Positions 34,585 through 38,401 of a DNA stretch of 38,401 nucleotides are shown here, in pieces (position 1 is the first letter of the stretch; every line of letters starts with the position of its first letter). A program made the translations under genes and the position numbers. Below the pieces are notes generated by a model. It did no database searches. It worked only from the letters and a program-made list of their open reading frames with translations, and was not told where the DNA came from. Source of the DNA: an uncultured Pseudomonadales bacterium. Lineage in GTDB: Bacteria; Patescibacteriota; Microgenomatia; UBA1400; RBG-16-45-19. Location of the stretch: NCBI GenBank assembly GCA_964467565.1, contig CAYXRB010000001.1, forward strand, positions 104,767 to 143,167, written 5' to 3'.

Positions 34585-35004
34585 TTAGGATTTCGTCTTT
34601 AGAGTTTTGCCTTTCTTTACTTTGGTAACTGGTTTTTTTGGTTGAGCATCTGATTTTGGTGGTTGGGCAGTGTCACCACTGACAATAACTTTGATATGGC
34701 TGGTGCGTTTCATAATGGGGTGTGCCCGACCTCGACTGACTGCACGCCACCGTTTAAAAGTGGGACCTTCGTTGATGATAATGGTATTAATTTTAATGGT
34801 GTCTTTATTGAGTTTAAGATTATTAACTGCGTTAGCTTGCGCTTGCTTGATAACTTTGGCTAATACTTCGGCGGCGCGTTTACGCGTAAATTGCAGGGTT
34901 GTGAGAGCTTGATCGACCGGCTGATGATTGATCAAGTCGGCAACTAACCGTAATTTTCGTGCGGTTGTGCGAATAAATTTTTGGTAGGCAATTGCTTGTG
35001 GCAT
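34585..35004 (-). CDS. rplV: 50S ribosomal protein L22 (uL22) with a Lys/Pro-rich C-terminal tail of about 30 aa
   Basis: IRTTARKLRLVADLI...INEGPTFKRWRAVSRGRAHPIMKRTSHI. Confidence 0.95.
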   Translation of the reverse strand: MPQAIAYQKFIRTTARKLRLVADLINHQPVDQALTTLQFTRKRAAEVLAKVIKQAQANAVNNLKLNKDTIKINTIIINEGPTFKRWRAVSRGRAHPIMKRTSHIKVIVSGDTAQPPKSDAQPKKPVTKVKKGKTLKTKS

Positions 35005-35029
35005 AGTTTTGATGCTTAGATATTAGTGT

Positions 35030-35314
35030 TTAGGTTTTAGTAAGGACCCGCTTAACCATGCGTCCATGGCCATGGAAAGTACGTGTCGGTGAAAATTCAC
35101 CAAGTCTATGACCGATCATTGCTTCATTGACGTAGACTTCCTTAAAAAGCTTACCGTTGTGAACTAAAAAGGTATGGCCAACAAATTCGGGGGGAATTTG
35201 TGAAGCCCGAGCCCAGGTTTTAATTGCAGTTTTTTTGCCAGTATTTTTTTGGACCATAACTTTTTTAAGAAGCTTTTCGTCAATGTATGGGCCTTTTTTA
35301 GAACTTCTGGACAT
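35030..35314 (-). CDS. rpsS: 30S ribosomal protein S19 (uS19)
   Basis: [19 protein letters not shown]...[30 protein letters not shown]. Confidence 0.95.
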   Translation of the reverse strand: MSRSSKKGPYIDEKLLKKVMVQKNTGKKTAIKTWARASQIPPEFVGHTFLVHNGKLFKEVYVNEAMIGHRLGEFSPTRTFHGHGRMVKRVLTKT

Positions 35315-35316
35315 GC

Positions 35317-36156
35317 TTACCTTCCTTTAGCTTTTGAGCGACTTGAAACAATAAGTCGGTCTGAATATTTTCGTTTACTTCTTGTCTTAACACCCATAGT
35401 GCGTTTACCCCAAGGTGTTTTCGGGGCTTTCAAGCCAATACCAGAACGACCTTCACCACCACCATGCGGGTGAGACGCGGGGTGTTGAGCGGTTCCTCGA
35501 ACTACAGGTCTCCAGCCCATTAGACGACGCCGTCCAGCTTTGCCAAGACTCACGTTTTTCCACTCTGGGTTTGATAACTGTCCAATAGTAGCATAACAGT
35601 CAAGATGGACTAGGCGTAGTTCTTTTGAAGGTAAAAGTACCGTGGCAAAATTGCCTTCTTTGCTTTGAATTAGAGCATAATTACCAGCGCTGCGGATCAA
35701 CTGACCGCCCTTACCTGGTTTTAATTCAAGATTATGAATCGGTGTACCAACGGGTACTTTACGCAGTGGTACTGCATTACCAGGGAGTATGTCACTGTCA
35801 TCACCAGAAGAAACTATAAAGCCTACTTGCAAGGCTTCTGGCGCTAAAATGTAACGGCGTTCGCCGTCAGTGTATTTAACCAAGGCGATGTTGGTGGTGC
35901 GGTTGGGGTCGTATTCTATCGACTCAACTACTGCAGGAATGTTTCGCTTATCACGACGAAAGTCAATCAATCGAAGTCGGCGTTTTTGCGCACCACCACG
36001 ATGGCGTACGGTAATTTTTCCTTGGTTATTGCGACCACTAACTTTGCGCTTTTTAACTAGTAGCGATTTATGCGGCTTGGAGCCTTTGGTAGTGGTTTTT
36101 AAGACACTGTGGTGTCGGCGTCCTGGGCTGGTGGGCCGTGCAACTTTTAACGACAT
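35317..36156 (-). CDS. rplB: 50S ribosomal protein L2 (uL2)
   Basis: ...[15 protein letters not shown]-type motif (RHRGGAQKR), [17 protein letters not shown] and [17 protein letters not shown]. Confidence 0.96.
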   Translation of the reverse strand: MSLKVARPTSPGRRHHSVLKTTTKGSKPHKSLLVKKRKVSGRNNQGKITVRHRGGAQKRRLRLIDFRRDKRNIPAVVESIEYDPNRTTNIALVKYTDGERRYILAPEALQVGFIVSSGDDSDILPGNAVPLRKVPVGTPIHNLELKPGKGGQLIRSAGNYALIQSKEGNFATVLLPSKELRLVHLDCYATIGQLSNPEWKNVSLGKAGRRRLMGWRPVVRGTAQHPASHPHGGGEGRSGIGLKAPKTPWGKRTMGVKTRSKRKYSDRLIVSSRSKAKGR

Positions 36157-36158
36157 GA

Positions 36159-36446
36159 TTATCCTTTGGTTTCAAAAATTGGCAGGGTTTGTCCTTTTTT
36201 AAGAGTGACAATGGCTTTTTTATAGGTTTTGGTTAATGCCGGTAAGCGTTTGCGGCCGGTACGAGTTTTGGTGGGTTGATACTTGATAGTATTAACGCGT
36301 ACAACATTCACTTTAAACGCCGACTCGACGGCAAAAGCAATTTGGTGTTTGTTGGCATCAGCAGGGACAGTAAAAATATATTGACCCAGACCAGAGATTC
36401 TTAGGCCTTTTTCGGTTATTCTGGGTGAGCTTAAAACGAGTTTCAT
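36159..36446 (-). CDS. rplW: 50S ribosomal protein L23 (uL23)
   Basis: SPRITEKG......YIFTV...ANKHQI..AVE..F.V.V..VNT. Its ATG overlaps the rplD TGA (ATGA). Confidence 0.93.
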   Translation of the reverse strand: MKLVLSSPRITEKGLRISGLGQYIFTVPADANKHQIAFAVESAFKVNVVRVNTIKYQPTKTRTGRKRLPALTKTYKKAIVTLKKGQTLPIFETKG

Positions 36447-37156
36447 AGTTGCTTTGTGGTAACTTTCTTAGGTTTGCTTGCTGTTGGGGTTTTGGAGGCT
36501 TTTGGTGAGGCAGCTGCTTTGGTGGCGGGTTTAAAGTCGGGATCAAGCACCTGCAAACTCTCGGGGGTGATAATGATTTGCTCGTGGTTTAAAACTTCAT
36601 AAGTATTAACTCTGGCGGCTTGAGTGAGGGTGAGGTTTTTGATGTTCCGCCCGGCTTTTATAACTGACACGTAGGGTTTATCGAGAATGAACAGAGTTTT
36701 TTTAGTATTGCCTGAGATGGCTTTAATAATTTTTTGCAAATCGGTGGTTTTTCCCTTAAAATCGGCAATTGAAGCAATGGCATTCATGGCTTGTGATTTT
36801 GCCTTGGTAGTAAGAGAACCTCGAAGGGCTGCTCGACGCATTTTAGTGGGTAGATTTAAAGTGTACGATTCATTACCGGTTGGACCATGGGCTACGCCAC
36901 CACCGACAAAAATGGGAGCTCTACGGGAACCATGACGGGCACGACCAGTTCCTTTTTGTTTCCAGATTTTCTTGGTTGAATAACTGACTTCACTTCGAGT
37001 TTGAGTAGCCTTAGTGTTTTGGCGTTGATTAGAAAGATACACGCGGATAGCTTGCGCTAATAGGCCGGGTTTTGCGGGCGCCGAAAAAACCGAATCAGGC
37101 AGAGTAAGTGTGCCAGTTTTGGTTCCTTGCAAATTGTAGAGGGTGATACTAGTCAT
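36443..37156 (-). CDS. rplD: 50S ribosomal protein L4 (uL4) with an Ala/Lys/Pro/Thr-rich C-terminal tail of about 33 aa; TGA stop
   Basis: [42 protein letters not shown]. Confidence 0.95.
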   Translation of the reverse strand: [237 protein letters not shown]

Positions 37157-37181
37157 AAGAATTGATTATTCAATAGGTTAT

Positions 37182-38030
37182 TTATTTATCACTTTCTGGA
37201 GTGGTTTCTTGCTCATCAATTTTTTCTTGCTTTGATAACTTCTCTTCATCTTTTTTTTCTGCTGGGGTTTGAGAGGAAGCTACTTTAGCTTGCGATGAAG
37301 TAGATTCTGCATCTTCCTTGGAAATAGGAGCAACATTTGATTCGGTTAAAGTGGAAGAGGCTTCAATTACTTCTTCTAAAAGAGGCACGAATTTTTTGTT
37401 AGTCCCAGTTTTTTTAATAGTGACTAAGGTGTTTTTACCACCCGGAATGGGACCCGAAAGCCAAACGGTGTTGGTTACAACATCGACTTTTAATACAGTA
37501 AGGTTTTTGATTGTGAAACGTTCTTGTCCGTAGTGGCCAGCCATACGCTTGCCGGGGTAGACACGACCAGGTGTGGTACCCTGGCCGATTGAGCCTGGGG
37601 CACGTAAACGATCGGACTGGCCGTGGGTTTTAGGGCCACCTTTAAAACCGTAACGCTTTACGACACCCGCAAAACCACGACCCTTGGAACGTGAGGCAAC
37701 ATTGACCATGTCTCCTGGAGTTAATACGTCTTGGACACTAAGGGTATTACCAACCTTAAGATCTTCGGAAACCTTCATGCGCACTTCTTTGTATAGCTTA
37801 GGGAAGGTTTTAAGGCCGATTTTTTGAGCTTTGGTCTGCATAGACTTGGAGGTATGTTTAGCTTTGCGCTCTTCGATACCAAGTTGTACGCCTTCGTAGC
37901 CATCGGAGTCGACGGTTTTGACTTGAGTAATCGTATGAAGCGGCACTTGCACCACAGTCACAGGGCGCCTGGCACCTGAGGTGGTCCACGCTTGAGTCAT
38001 AGACTGCTTGCGGCCAAGTATGGTATTCAT
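37182..38030 (-). CDS. rplC: 50S ribosomal protein L3 (uL3) with an acidic/Ser-rich C-terminal tail of about 70 aa
   Basis: ILGRKQSMTQAW...SKGRGFAGVVKRYGFKGGPKTHGQSDRLRAPGSIG. Confidence 0.95.
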   Translation of the reverse strand: MNTILGRKQSMTQAWTTSGARRPVTVVQVPLHTITQVKTVDSDGYEGVQLGIEERKAKHTSKSMQTKAQKIGLKTFPKLYKEVRMKVSEDLKVGNTLSVQDVLTPGDMVNVASRSKGRGFAGVVKRYGFKGGPKTHGQSDRLRAPGSIGQGTTPGRVYPGKRMAGHYGQERFTIKNLTVLKVDVVTNTVWLSGPIPGGKNTLVTIKKTGTNKKFVPLLEEVIEASSTLTESNVAPISKEDAESTSSQAKVASSQTPAEKKDEEKLSKQEKIDEQETTPESDK

Positions 38031-38041
38031 ATTTTGTCAAT

Positions 38042-38068
38042 AAAAAAAGCCGGTTATACGGCTTTTTT
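38042..38068 (-). terminator. Intrinsic-terminator-like hairpin between rpsJ and rplC (sense RNA AAAAAAGCCG-UAUAAC-CGGCUUUUUUU); symmetric, so it could act in both directions
   Basis: The GCCG/CGGC core is extended by A-U pairs, with a 6-nt loop and a U7 tract in the sense orientation ending 11 nt before the rplC AUG. The GC stem is short, so function is uncertain. Confidence 0.4.
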
Positions 38069-38228
38069 ATCCGTATCCTATTTTGATTGATGTTACTTTG
38101 AGTTTTTGCGAACGAGTAGCACTCGCATTACCTCAGGTTAATTGTTAATTTCAAATTTTGATTTATTTACCCTCCTTCGCTAAAGCTATGGAGGACTGCG
38201 GACTATACTTTAGATTATTTTTGCGTCC

Positions 38229-38401
38229 TTACATCTTGATTTCAATACCTACACCTGCCGGTAGTTCAAGATGCATGAGCGAGTCGATGGTTTTGCCCGT
38301 AGGTTTGACGATATCGACGACGCGCTTGTGGGTTAAAATTTGGAAGCGCTCGCGGGCATTTTTTTCGACGTGGGGCGAGGTTAAAACGACAAAACGTTTG
38401 C
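38229..38401 (-). CDS. rpsJ: 30S ribosomal protein S10 (uS10), C-terminal part; 5' end outside the window
   Basis: My manual reverse translation gives ...[56 protein letters not shown]. Confidence 0.92.
   Translation of the reverse strand, partial: KRFVVLTSPHVEKNARERFQILTHKRVVDIVKPTGKTIDSLMHLELPAGVGIEIKM

Noticed and set aside
1-38401. Possible alternative genetic code (UGA reassigned, as in some CPR lineages).
   Set aside because: All conserved genes are intact under the standard code. TGA is used as a genuine stop for rplD (36443-36445, overlapping the rplW ATG as ATGA) and rpsQ (32369-32371). Stops are otherwise mostly TAA with a few TAG.
1-38401. CRISPR arrays, transposases, integrases, prophage genes, toxin-antitoxin pairs or known defence-system genes.
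   Set aside because: There are no regularly spaced repeats, no long inverted terminal repeats, and no ORF with recombinase, nuclease-defence or toxin motifs. The only helicases are a RecD-like and a DEAD-box enzyme, both without defence-type partners.

Overview
The window looks like a compact, streamlined bacterial genome. I suspect Candidate Phyla Radiation/Patescibacteria, because rpmD is missing from a complete spc cluster, genes are tightly packed and many proteins are small. That assignment is inference only. It uses the standard genetic code: TGA terminates rplD and rpsQ, and TAA is the dominant stop.

Bases 1-18.3 kb hold mixed housekeeping and envelope genes:
- Redox and transport: a sufS fragment, a small Cys-rich ORF, a membrane-anchored DsbA-like protein, a DUF1704/MATCAP-like metallopeptidase and an MFS-mgtA operon.
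- DNA and lipid functions: a compact RecD-like helicase and a small-membrane-protein/xseA/xseB/plsC-like operon.
- Envelope and other: an LCP protein, a DUF457 hydrolase, a cupin, a DEAD-box helicase, a DUF2207 protein, a YgjP/DUF45 peptidase and a CAP-domain protein.

Bases 18.3-38.4 kb, all on the minus strand, are one contiguous S10-spc-alpha-L13 ribosomal supercluster, running rpsJ (partial) to rpsI. It is interrupted between map and infA by a SAM-methyltransferase, an opposite-strand secreted Asn/Ser-rich protein and hflX.

I found no rRNA, tRNA, CRISPR array, transposase, integrase or recognisable defence or toxin genes. I cannot point to a clear multi-gene novel system.

The observations most worth following up are:
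- the insertion that breaks the ribosomal cluster;
- a 198-nt rpsJ-rplC spacer carrying a terminator-like hairpin;
- long AT-rich spacers with recurring motifs and direct repeats;
- low-complexity tails on seven ribosomal proteins;
- several small repeats and palindromes around the DUF2207 and YgjP genes.
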